A stretch of 64,000 bases of DNA from an uncultured delta proteobacterium (GTDB taxonomy: Bacteria > Desulfobacterota > Syntrophorhabdia > Syntrophorhabdales > WCHB1-27): the NCBI GenBank assembly GCA_963810935.1, contig CAWEPK010000009.1:128001-192000 (forward strand). The letters are read 5' to 3'. Made by a program: the position numbers and the translations under genes. How positions within the stretch are numbered: position 1 is the first letter of the stretch; every line of letters begins with the position of its first letter. Positions 38,873 through 47,938 of this stretch are shown in pieces. The notes below the pieces were generated by a model. That model was not told the origin of the DNA and did not search any database. It saw only the letters and a list, made by a program, of their open reading frames with translations.

Positions 38873-40288
38873 TCACGCGGCAGCCTTTCGCTTCGCCATG
38901 AAGGAAAAAAATTCTCTCCCTTCCCTGATCCGCCGGGCAAACTCGTGCCTGTCCTTCAGCATATCTTTGAGGATGCGCATGATAGGGCCGGGCCGCAGGT
39001 AGAAGCGCCGGTAGAAAAGCTCGACTGTATCGAATATCTCTTCGCTCGAAAGCCAGGGGTACGACATGACGGAATTCTGGATCCCGTCCGTCACCAGCCC
39101 CGCGCCTTCTCCGGTAAGCCACCCTTCACTCCTCGCCTGGTCGTAAAGCACCGTTCCGGGATAGGGGGCGGCAAGCGAAACCTGTAAGCTGTAAGGGTCG
39201 ATCTCCCGCGCGAATTCCATTGTCTCCGCCATGGTCTCCCGCGTCTCGCCGGGGAGCCCCAGGATAAACGTGGCATGGATACGGACGCCCGCCTTTGCGG
39301 CCGCCTTTGCGAACTTGTGCGCGCCTTCAAGACTGATCCCCTTCCTGATGTTGTTCAATATCTTCTGGTTGCCCGATTCGAAGCCCACGGTCAGCAGGCG
39401 CAGCCCGTTCTCTTTCAGCACGTTAAGCGTCTTTTCCGACACGTTCGCCCTTGCGTTGCATGACCATGTGATGCCGAGCGTGCCTATCTTGCGGGCGAGA
39501 TATTCCAGACCGGGATGGTCGGTCAGCGTGTCGTCGTCGAAGAAGAATTCCTTCACCTGCGGGAAGAGGGCCTTGGCGAGGGACATCTCTTCGAAGATGT
39601 TGTCTACGCTCCGCACCCTGTAAACGCCTCCCCCTATCGTCTGCGGCCAGAGGCAGTACGTACAGCGGCCCCGGCAGCCGCGCCCCGCGTAGACCGAGAC
39701 GTAGGGATGCATGAGATACCCTATGAAGTAATTCTCTATCTTCAGGTCCCTGGCGTAAACCTGACTGACGAAAGGAAGGCGGTCGAGGTCCTCGATAAGC
39801 GGCCTGCGACCGGTGTTCTCGAAAGACCCGTTTGACCGGAAGACGATGCCCGCCACGTCGCGGAGCGGCTTCTCCTTCGCGATCTCTACGATTGCGTCGT
39901 CGAACTCCCCGACGGCCACGAAGTCTACCGCGGGCGCATTCTTCAGACTTTCTTCAGGGAAAACCGTTACGTGCGGCCCGACCATACCCACAGTGACGGC
40001 TGGGTATGATTCCTTGAACGTTCGGGCAAGCTCCGCGTCGTGCTCGAACGTAGCCGTGCCCGTATGTATGACGATTAGCTCGTAGCCTTGCGCGCTGCGG
40101 ACCGTCTCCTCGCGCGTCATGCCGTCGGCCGACGCGTCGAGCAGCCTTGATCCTTCTATCATTCCCGCAGGGTAGGCGAGCCAGGTGGGGTACCAGAACG
40201 AGCGGACTTCGCGGCATGCCTGATAGCGCGAGCCTGCACTACCGTCGAAGCCCTTGAAAGAGGGTGGGTTGAGTAAAAGGGTTCGCAT
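38873..40288 (-). CDS. hpnJ: Radical SAM HpnJ
   Basis: FDGSAGSRYQ, SFWYPTWLA, CRGRCTYCLWPQT. Confidence 0.95.
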   Translation of the reverse strand: MRTLLLNPPSFKGFDGSAGSRYQACREVRSFWYPTWLAYPAGMIEGSRLLDASADGMTREETVRSAQGYELIVIHTGTATFEHDAELARTFKESYPAVTVGMVGPHVTVFPEESLKNAPAVDFVAVGEFDDAIVEIAKEKPLRDVAGIVFRSNGSFENTGRRPLIEDLDRLPFVSQVYARDLKIENYFIGYLMHPYVSVYAGRGCRGRCTYCLWPQTIGGGVYRVRSVDNIFEEMSLAKALFPQVKEFFFDDDTLTDHPGLEYLARKIGTLGITWSCNARANVSEKTLNVLKENGLRLLTVGFESGNQKILNNIRKGISLEGAHKFAKAAAKAGVRIHATFILGLPGETRETMAETMEFAREIDPYSLQVSLAAPYPGTVLYDQARSEGWLTGEGAGLVTDGIQNSVMSYPWLSSEEIFDTVELFYRRFYLRPGPIMRILKDMLKDRHEFARRIREGREFFSFMAKRKAAA

Positions 40289-40620
40289 TTTTATAAATAG
40301 ACTCTAAGCGTCTCCAGGTCACGCTGCTGCCCGGCCGGCTCACTCTCTTATTTTCATCATCTTGCAATATTTCGTCAACCAGTATAGCTAAAAACCGATG
40401 CGGGACAACGCATTTGGCCACCTCTTCTTCCCGATAGCACGGGGCACGGGACGAAGTATATCCGGATATTTTAGTCGAGTTTGTTAAGAGTGTCAACGAA
40501 AACCGGCAAAACGGGCCGTAAAAAGAGGGGTTTGCGGGATTGCGGCGGCATGATCTCGATCGGTCCGGGGCCTGTAATTATATTCACTCCATGCAACGGG
40601 AAAGCAGTTTTTAAATGCCG

Positions 40621-41856
40621 CTATCCATCACGTTGCCTCCTCTTGCGGCCCCGTTCCAAGGTCTCCGGAAGAAAACAGAGCACGACGACGCCCAACAGGT
40701 TGATAACGCACGTGACCGCAAGGCCGTGCGCAAGGCCGTGCGCCTTCCCTATATAGCCTATTGTATACGGCGCGACTACCGCGCCTATGCGCCCCGCGTT
40801 CCAGCAAAAGCCGCCCGCGTACGCGCGCAGGTGCTCGGGGAAAAGCTCTGCGTAGTAAGCGCCGGCGGCCGCCGCCACCCCGCTCACCCCTATGCCGACA
40901 ACCCCGCCCCACAAGAACAGGAAAACGGGGTTGCGGAAGACGATGTAGACAGCGACCGACCCGGAGACGAGCACGAATGCCGCCATCATCGCGGGCCTCC
41001 GCCCGACCTTGTCCGCCATCACCCCGAAAATCTGGAAGCCCGCGAACATACCCCCGTACATGAATAGCGAGAAATTGGCCATAGCGGAGAGCGAAAGCCC
41101 TCTCTCCATGACGAGGAACGTCGGCACCCAGTAGGCCACCCCCCAGTATCCGGCGAGGTTGAAGACGCTCACGAGGGTTGCGAGGATCGTGGTCTTGATC
41201 AATTTCCTCCCGAAGATCGCGCCTATGCCGACGCCTTTTTCCGCAGGCTTTTGCACGCTCGCGCGTGTCGCTTTGCCGGATGGGATGAGCCGGGCAACGA
41301 CCAGGGCAAGGGGTATCGAGCATGCGCCCGCGGCAAAAAGGAGGCGCCAGTTCATGCCGAGCACCAGCCTGCCCACGAGCGAGGCGACCACGGCGCCGAT
41401 TGCGAAGCTGCTGTAAACGAAGGACGCGGCCCTTGCGCGGAAAGCAGGCGCCCAGTGTTCCGCCACGAGTGCCGAGCAAGGCCCCCAGAGGCCGCCGATA
41501 GCGAGGCCGGTTAAGAACCTGAGGACCATCCACTGGCCCCAGCCGGACACAAAAGCGACGGCCCCCATGCCTGCGCCGAGCCAGACGAGCGACAGGATGA
41601 GGGCGAACCGACTGCTCCTGTTCTCCGCGAGCAGCCCGAAGACCACCGAGCCCGCGATTGCCCCGAGCATGGTGGCAGACCCCAGGAGCCCACCTTCCGG
41701 CAGTGAGATGGCGAGCACTTTGAGGAGCACGGGCATGGCGATGGCCAGGACTATGAGGTCGTAGCTATCAACCAGGTATGAAAAAAAGGCGGCCCATAGT
41801 ACGCACCACCGGTAACCGGTTCCCGGAAAGGCCGGCTGTCCGTCTTTCACTTCCAT
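40621..41856 (-). CDS. MFS transporter, probably for thiamine or a thiamine precursor
   Basis: MFS motif ADKVGRR, ELFPEHLRA, LPET; downstream of a TPP riboswitch. Confidence 0.88.
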   Translation of the reverse strand: MEVKDGQPAFPGTGYRWCVLWAAFFSYLVDSYDLIVLAIAMPVLLKVLAISLPEGGLLGSATMLGAIAGSVVFGLLAENRSSRFALILSLVWLGAGMGAVAFVSGWGQWMVLRFLTGLAIGGLWGPCSALVAEHWAPAFRARAASFVYSSFAIGAVVASLVGRLVLGMNWRLLFAAGACSIPLALVVARLIPSGKATRASVQKPAEKGVGIGAIFGRKLIKTTILATLVSVFNLAGYWGVAYWVPTFLVMERGLSLSAMANFSLFMYGGMFAGFQIFGVMADKVGRRPAMMAAFVLVSGSVAVYIVFRNPVFLFLWGGVVGIGVSGVAAAAGAYYAELFPEHLRAYAGGFCWNAGRIGAVVAPYTIGYIGKAHGLAHGLAVTCVINLLGVVVLCFLPETLERGRKRRQRDG

Positions 41857-41892
41857 TTAGCTCCTTCCAATTTACGCGCGGCCTTTCAATGC

Positions 41893-41929
41893 AAAAAGCC
41901 GCCGGCTTACGTTAATACCGGCGGCTTTT
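41893..41929 (-). terminator. Riboswitch expression-platform terminator
   Basis: Minus strand AAAAGCCGCCGG...CCGGCGGCTTTTT. Confidence 0.85.
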
Positions 41930-41945
41930 ATGGACTCATTCGTTT

Positions 41946-42036
41946 TGCTTCCCTGCGCCGGCATTATCCGACAGGTTCGAGGGGTCATCCCGCACATCGC
42001 GCGCGGAGTTTCTCAGCTTATTTAAGCTCCCCCAGC
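41946..42036 (-). ncRNA. TPP riboswitch
   Basis: GGGGAGC...GCTGAGA...ACCC..GAACCTG.CGGATAATGCCGGCGCAGGGAAGC matches the THI-box consensus. Confidence 0.95.
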
Positions 42037-42091
42037 AGTATGTATGGAGTTATCTTACAACACGTTCCGTCCCGTAATCAAGAAAACGCGC

Positions 42092-42301
42092 CTATTCGAC
42101 CCCTATCATCACGTTGCTGGCCTTGATTACCGCGTATGCCTCCATCCCTTTCTTCAATTTGAGGCCCTGCACGGCCCCGTTGGTTATGATGGACACGACG
42201 GTCTCTCCCCCTGCAAGCTTAATAGTCACTTCGGAGTTGACTGACCCCTTCTTGACCTGTGTTATCTTTCCCTGTAACACGTTTCTTGCGCTTAGTCTCA
42301 T
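42092..42301 (-). CDS. mop: Molybdate-binding TOBE/Mop protein
   Basis: MRLSARN, SIIT, AVIKASNV. Confidence 0.93.
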   Translation of the reverse strand: MRLSARNVLQGKITQVKKGSVNSEVTIKLAGGETVVSIITNGAVQGLKLKKGMEAYAVIKASNVMIGVE

Positions 42302-42514
42302 GGAACGCCTCCTTGCCGTGCACGAGTATTGCGGCCGTGTGCGGATAACCGCTAAATAGAAGATAATACGAGGCCCGGTGAGATGCAACATATGGCCGCG
42401 TAAGGAGAATCATGCGCTTTGACAGCAGCGGCCGCCGCCATTCCCGGACAATGGGTGCATCCGGCGAATTCGTCCTTGACAGCCGCAAGGGCTATTCGAT
42501 AGAATTGGCTTGCG

Positions 42515-42850
42515 ATGGCAGCATTCAAAGTTGCATATAAGATATGGCTCGATTGCGACGGCAAGGCCTTCGGGGAAGGACCCGACAGACTGCTGCAGAG
42601 GGTCGAGGCGACGGGGTCGCTTCACAAGGCCGCCGCAGAGATGAAGATGTCCTACAGAAAGGCATGGCTCATGCTCCGCACCATGGAACGCCGCCTCGGC
42701 TTCACCCTGCTTGAGCGCAAGGTCGGCGGCGTCTCCGGAGGAGGGTCGAAGCTCACGGATGAAGCACGCCTCTTCATGAGGCGTTACGAAACGTTCCGGA
42801 AGGAAGTCGAAGAGTCCCTCCGGCAGATTTGCAGCAAGCATTTCGAATAA
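42515..42850 (+). CDS. modE: ModE-like wHTH regulator lacking TOBE domains
   Basis: FGEG..LL..V..TGSL..AA..M.MSYRKAW, GGVSGGGSKLT. Confidence 0.88.
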   Translation: MAAFKVAYKIWLDCDGKAFGEGPDRLLQRVEATGSLHKAAAEMKMSYRKAWLMLRTMERRLGFTLLERKVGGVSGGGSKLTDEARLFMRRYETFRKEVEESLRQICSKHFE

Positions 42851-42883
42851 GATACCAGGCGGTCGCACGTCCTTCAGGGAGGA

Positions 42884-44401
42884 ATGATGAATATTGCAAC
42901 GAATCTCGAACAATCGGCGTTCCACTTTCCGCAGAGGCCGGCTATCCGTGAGGCCGGCCGTGAGATAACCTACGCCGAGCTGAACGAGCAGGCCAACCGT
43001 GTAGCGACCGGCCTTATAAAGACAGGGCTGGAACCGGGGCAGTTCGTCGCGCTCTGCGCCCCGAACTCGGCCGACTGGATCGCGTTCTATTTCGGCGTCC
43101 TGAAGGCGGGGGGCGTAGCTGTTACCCTCTCGGCGCAGCTTGTCGGCGACGAGCTTCGAAACCTGGTGAGCCATGCAAGGCCCAAGTTTTTCTACATCGG
43201 GGAAAGCAAGCTGGCAGATGTGGAAAAGATCAAGGGGGAAAGCGGGATAGAGAAGGTCATCTGCGCGGGCGGCGATATGGACCTGGCCGGTCTCATGAAG
43301 CTCGGTACGCCGACGTACCGGGCGGTAAAACGGGACCGCACCGATACGGCCGCGATACTCTATACGGGAGGCACTACGGGCATGCCCAAAGGGGTCATGC
43401 TCAAACATGAAGGCATTCTGTTTTCCGCATACTCGATAGCCTATTACGAGCGATCGACCCAGAACGACCTGGCCTTGTGCTTCCTGCCCTTCAACCACGT
43501 CTTCGGCCAGATGCACATAATGAACTCCACGATTTTCAGCTCCGGCTGCCTGGAGCTGCTGCCGACCTTCGATATGGACCGGGTGCTCGACGTCCTGAAA
43601 GAAGGCCGCATAACCAAGTTCTTTTCCGTTCCCACGATTTATATACGGCTCCTCGGCCTCCCGGACCTCAAAGAGCGGCTCGGGCCGCTGCGCTACTGCT
43701 TCTCCGCCGGCGCGTCGATGGCCCTCGAGATCGTCAAACGATGGAAGGAGCAGACGGGGATCACGATTGCGGAATCCTACGGCATGACCGAGTGCATGCC
43801 CATCACTTTCAACCATTACTACCCTGACAGACACGTCGCAGGGACGGTCGGTCAAAATTGCCACGGCGTCGAGATCGAGATCAGGGACATCGAGGGAAAG
43901 ATACTCAAGCAGGGCGGGCAGGGCGAGATCTGTGTAAGGGCACCGTCGGTGATGAAAGAATACCTGAACAACCCCGACGAGACGGCTGCGGCCTCCTGGC
44001 CCGGCGGCTGGCTGAGGACGGGTGACATCGGCCTCTTCGACCCGAACGGGTATCTCTCGATAGTGGACCGCCTCAAGGACCTCGTAATAACGGGCGGGGA
44101 GAACGTCTACCCCAGGGAAGTGGAAGAGGCGCTTTACGGATGGCCGGACGTGGAGGAATGCACCGTCCTGGGCCTGCCCGACAAGGAATGGGGCGAGCGG
44201 CTCGCGGCCTTTATTGTCCCCAAGCCGGGGGTTGAGTTGCAGACCGACAAGATCAAGGCTTACCTGAAGTCGCGGCTATCCGCCTTCAAGGTGCCCAAAG
44301 AATTCATAGCGGTGAAAGAGATGCCGAAGAGCCCGGCCGGCAAGATATTGAAGCGCGAGCTGAAGCAGTCCTACGCAAAAGGCGCCGACAAGAAAAGCTG
44401 A
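42884..44401 (+). CDS. AMP-dependent acyl-CoA ligase
   Basis: YTGGTTGMPKG, YGMTE, TGD, GKILK. Confidence 0.93.
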   Translation: MMNIATNLEQSAFHFPQRPAIREAGREITYAELNEQANRVATGLIKTGLEPGQFVALCAPNSADWIAFYFGVLKAGGVAVTLSAQLVGDELRNLVSHARPKFFYIGESKLADVEKIKGESGIEKVICAGGDMDLAGLMKLGTPTYRAVKRDRTDTAAILYTGGTTGMPKGVMLKHEGILFSAYSIAYYERSTQNDLALCFLPFNHVFGQMHIMNSTIFSSGCLELLPTFDMDRVLDVLKEGRITKFFSVPTIYIRLLGLPDLKERLGPLRYCFSAGASMALEIVKRWKEQTGITIAESYGMTECMPITFNHYYPDRHVAGTVGQNCHGVEIEIRDIEGKILKQGGQGEICVRAPSVMKEYLNNPDETAAASWPGGWLRTGDIGLFDPNGYLSIVDRLKDLVITGGENVYPREVEEALYGWPDVEECTVLGLPDKEWGERLAAFIVPKPGVELQTDKIKAYLKSRLSAFKVPKEFIAVKEMPKSPAGKILKRELKQSYAKGADKKS

Positions 44402-44432
44402 CCGGCGCTATGGGCCATAGGGATTAAACAAG

Positions 44433-44464
44433 AATGACCCTGCTGCAAACGCAGCAGGGTCATT
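44433..44464. terminator. Hairpin between convergent genes; member of the CCTGCYGC palindrome family
   Basis: AATGACCCTGCTGC-AAAC-GCAGCAGGGTCATT. Confidence 0.75.
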
Positions 44465-44496
44465 TATTAAGCGTATGTGCAGCGTCTCAGTAATTC

Positions 44497-44982
44497 CTAA
44501 GCGGTGGCTGGCTGAGGCCACGCGATCTGGATGATCTCGTAGGTCCGTTCGCCTCCAGGCGCGGAAAAGGTTACCTCGTCCCCGACCGCTTTGCCCATGA
44601 GCGCGCGGCCGAGAGGGGAGCTCATCGATATCCTGCCTTTTTCCAGGTCCGACTCGAACGGTCCCACCACCATGTAGACGACCTGTTCGTCCGTATCGAG
44701 GTTCTTGAGCGAAACGCGGCCGCCGAAATCGACCTTGCCGTTAGGGTTCTTCTTTATCTCGGCCACCTCGCACTGTTTGAAGATCTCTTCCAGCTCGCCG
44801 ATCTTCTTCTGCATGAACTGGTATTCTTCCTTCGCAGCGTCGTACTCGGCGTTCTCGGATATGTCGCCGTGCGCCCTGGCCTCTTCTATAGCCGCCAATA
44901 TTTTCGGCCGCTTGGTGTTTCTCAGAAACTCGAGGTCCTTCTTCAGGCTGTCGTAACCTTCCCGTGTTATTGGATATTTCAT
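44497..44982 (-). CDS. greA: Transcription elongation factor GreA
   Basis: ARAHGDISENAEYDAAK, SSPLGRALMGK; GGAG SD before ATG 44982. Confidence 0.97.
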   Translation of the reverse strand: MKYPITREGYDSLKKDLEFLRNTKRPKILAAIEEARAHGDISENAEYDAAKEEYQFMQKKIGELEEIFKQCEVAEIKKNPNGKVDFGGRVSLKNLDTDEQVVYMVVGPFESDLEKGRISMSSPLGRALMGKAVGDEVTFSAPGGERTYEIIQIAWPQPATA

Positions 44983-45144
44983 TACATCTCCAATGTGATG
45001 GAATAACGGTGGAGTATTACTTTTAATATATTTCATGTAAATTTTCAAGACCTTTCCGATTGTAGGGGAGCCGGAGACCATAGCACGGTTCTTGAAGATA
45101 GACCACTTTTGTGCTATGTTTCTATGCTGATTGAAGGAGGGACC

Positions 45145-45276
45145 ATGCCGTCAAACACCAAGATCACCGAGTTGAAGAGAAAAAGAAAGAAGAGCAACCT
45201 CGGCAAGAAGAGAAAGAAGGCCCAGTCGAAGCAGTCCACGCCCACTTTCCCCATTCATACCGAAGAGAACGCCTGA
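45145..45276 (+). CDS. 43-aa highly basic microprotein
   Basis: AAGGAGG SD; MPSNTKITELKRKRKKSNLGKKRKKAQSKQSTPTFPIHTEENA. Confidence 0.8.
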   Translation: MPSNTKITELKRKRKKSNLGKKRKKAQSKQSTPTFPIHTEENA

Positions 45277-45356
45277 TCGGTGCGCCGGGCGCTCACTCGC
45301 GTCCTTCAGGCCTCCCCGCGTCAGGCAGAAAATTTTACATGCGCGGATGAGCGGCT

Positions 45357-46505
45357 ATGACGCTTAGCTACGAGATAGGACCGATCAGACCGCCCAGCGA
45401 GGCATACAGCCTGCTCGTCCGTTTCACCCGCAACTGCCCCTGGAACAAGTGCGAGTTCTGCCACCTTTATAAAGGCGAGAGGTTCGAAAGAAGGCCGCTC
45501 GCCGAAATAAAAAAAGACATCGACACTATAAAGGCGATAAGAGACAGGGTCTTCGCTCTTTCCCGGCAGAGGGGAGAAGGCGGGCGCATCTCGCAGCAGC
45601 TCGTCCGGGAAATATTCTCCAACCCACGGTACGACGACTTCTTCCGTACGGTCGCCTTCTGGACGTACTCGGGCGAGAAGAACGTCTTCATACAGGACGC
45701 CAACTCGCTCGTCATGAACAAGGACGACCTGGCCGACGGCCTGGCCTATCTTAAACAGGCATTCCCGACTATCGACCGCGTCACATCCTACTGCCGCTCC
45801 CAGACAATATCGCAGCTTTACAGCGTCGACGATCTCGCGCGCCTTAAGGACTCGGGCCTGACCAGGCTCCATATCGGCATGGAGACGGGCGACGATTTCC
45901 TGCTGCGCTACATGCGCAAGGGAGTCACGCAGGAGCAGCACATCACCGCGGGCAGGCGCGTCAAAGAATCCGGCATAGAGCTGTCCGAGTACGTTATAGC
46001 CGGCCTCGGCGGAAAGAATTGGCAGAGGCAGCATGCCCTCGCTACCGCGGAAGCCCTCTCTATAATCGACCCCGACTTTATCCGCATACGCACGCTCAAG
46101 GTCATGCGGAGCACGCCCCTTTTCCGAAAAGTGGAGAGCGGCGATTTTATCATAGAGCGGGATGAGGAGGTCCTGGGAGGGCTCAGGTTGTTCATCGAGA
46201 ACCTCCACGATACGAATACCGTTATAAAGAGCGACCACATCCTGAACCTCCTGGAGGAGGTGGACGGAAAGCTGCCCGAGGACAAGGAGCGCATACTGTC
46301 CGTCATCGACCGGTACTTCGATCTGAGCGAGGAACAGAGGCTGGTCTACCGTATGGGCAGAAGGGCGGGGCTTTACAGGGGCACGGGCGATCTGGCGGAC
46401 GAGGCGACTTACGCTAAGGTGAAGAAGGCGATAAAACAGATGGAGGGCAAGGCTGCCGGCTCTGTCGAAGAACACCTATCGCTTCTTCTTGAAGAATATA
46501 TCTGA
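45357..46505 (+). CDS. Radical SAM protein of unknown function
   Basis: IRPPSEA, CPWNKCEFC. Confidence 0.9.
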   Translation: MTLSYEIGPIRPPSEAYSLLVRFTRNCPWNKCEFCHLYKGERFERRPLAEIKKDIDTIKAIRDRVFALSRQRGEGGRISQQLVREIFSNPRYDDFFRTVAFWTYSGEKNVFIQDANSLVMNKDDLADGLAYLKQAFPTIDRVTSYCRSQTISQLYSVDDLARLKDSGLTRLHIGMETGDDFLLRYMRKGVTQEQHITAGRRVKESGIELSEYVIAGLGGKNWQRQHALATAEALSIIDPDFIRIRTLKVMRSTPLFRKVESGDFIIERDEEVLGGLRLFIENLHDTNTVIKSDHILNLLEEVDGKLPEDKERILSVIDRYFDLSEEQRLVYRMGRRAGLYRGTGDLADEATYAKVKKAIKQMEGKAAGSVEEHLSLLLEEYI

Positions 46506-46510
46506 CCACC

Positions 46511-47878
46511 CTACGCAGATTTCAGCCACTTCCTCTTCGCATACCACCGATAGAGCAGATACGCCTGCACAAACTGGGATATATTCATCGACCACCAAAC
46601 CGAAACCGCCCCATACCCCAGGACGACGATGAATAAATACGCGAGCGGTATCCTGACAATCCAGATGCCGAAGGCCACCCGCATTAAAACATTCCTCGTG
46701 TCGCCGGCGCCGCTCAATCCCCCGCCCAGGATCGCCCCGCACGCCATGAACGGCTCGCTGATCATCGCGACCTTCAGGTAGCGCACGCTTTCCCTGACGA
46801 CAATGGGGTTCTGCGAGAGAAGGGAAGCGATCCATTGCGCGTTGAGGATGACGATCGCTACGAGGAGCGTCACCACGCAGACACCGACGAAGGCGGTCAC
46901 GAGGCCGCTCCTGTACGCCTCGTCCTGTTTCTTCTCGCCCAGGAAGTTCCCCACGATCACGGCGTTTGCCATATTGAAGGCGAAAGCGGGCAGGTAGATC
47001 GCCGATTCGATGCGCAGGCCGGCGGTCAGGGCGGCCAGTATCTCCACCCGGTTCTCCGGCAGGGCGCTGATGATCAAAAAGAGCGTGATGCTGCCGAGCT
47101 GCCAGAGTACCTGGAGCGCACCCATAGGCCACCCTACGTCGATGATGCGCCTGACCGTGCTTTGCGACCAGGCCATGACGCCGGAGGCCAGCCTGCGGAC
47201 ATATGCCAGGTTGACGATGCAGCCTGCGAGCGCAGCAGAGGCGGTCGCCAGCGCAATCCCCCTGTAGCCGAGGGGCGTAAAAAAGACAAAGGTTATGTTC
47301 AGGACGATATTGACGGCGCAGACTGCGGCCATCGTCCTTAACGAGACCATGATCCTGTCGCACGACCGCAGTATCCCGTTTGCGTTGATAAGTATATACT
47401 CGAAGAGGAGGCCCGCCGAATATATGCGGACGAGAGGTATGCAATAAGGCTTGAGCTGCCTGGGGATGTTGAGGAGCCTTATCAGCTCCGGCGTAAAAAG
47501 GACGCCGACGATGGCGACGAACGCGCCCGATGCGCAGGTGAGCGCCATTGAAGAGACGATAGCGGCGGTCAGCCGGTCCTTATCACCCTCAGTGTATAGG
47601 CGGCTCACGACGGAAACCGCGCCGACTGTCAGGGCGTTGGCGACAACGATGAACATGAAATAGACCTGGATTACGAACCCGTAGGCCGCCTGTACGTCCT
47701 TGCCGACCCTGCCCGCAACGTAGACGTCGGTCAGGCCGATAAGGAACTCGAACGACATGATGAGCGTCATCGGCCAGGCGACGTGCCAGCTCCGCGCGAT
47801 AAGCTCGGCTATGCCCGCTCTGCCGTCGGCGCGGTCTGCCGGTCGAGTCTCCTTACCGCTCCCTTCGAGGTCGTCCAT
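46511..47878 (-). CDS. MATE-family efflux transporter
   Basis: Twelve TM-like segments with MATE-like repeats (GAGDT). Confidence 0.9.
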   Translation of the reverse strand: MDDLEGSGKETRPADRADGRAGIAELIARSWHVAWPMTLIMSFEFLIGLTDVYVAGRVGKDVQAAYGFVIQVYFMFIVVANALTVGAVSVVSRLYTEGDKDRLTAAIVSSMALTCASGAFVAIVGVLFTPELIRLLNIPRQLKPYCIPLVRIYSAGLLFEYILINANGILRSCDRIMVSLRTMAAVCAVNIVLNITFVFFTPLGYRGIALATASAALAGCIVNLAYVRRLASGVMAWSQSTVRRIIDVGWPMGALQVLWQLGSITLFLIISALPENRVEILAALTAGLRIESAIYLPAFAFNMANAVIVGNFLGEKKQDEAYRSGLVTAFVGVCVVTLLVAIVILNAQWIASLLSQNPIVVRESVRYLKVAMISEPFMACGAILGGGLSGAGDTRNVLMRVAFGIWIVRIPLAYLFIVVLGYGAVSVWWSMNISQFVQAYLLYRWYAKRKWLKSA

Positions 47879-47938
47879 GGCTCCTTAAGGTCTATATTAT
47901 TATATGCGTAAAGGGCAGGCGCGAAAGGGAAAGGTCCC

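Noticed and set aside
42410..43864. 484-aa minus-strand ORF and other long antisense ORFs (e.g. 19835-21010, 45321-46475, 4056-4976)
   Set aside because: They shadow well-supported genes on the opposite strand, as expected in GC-rich DNA, and carry no motifs.
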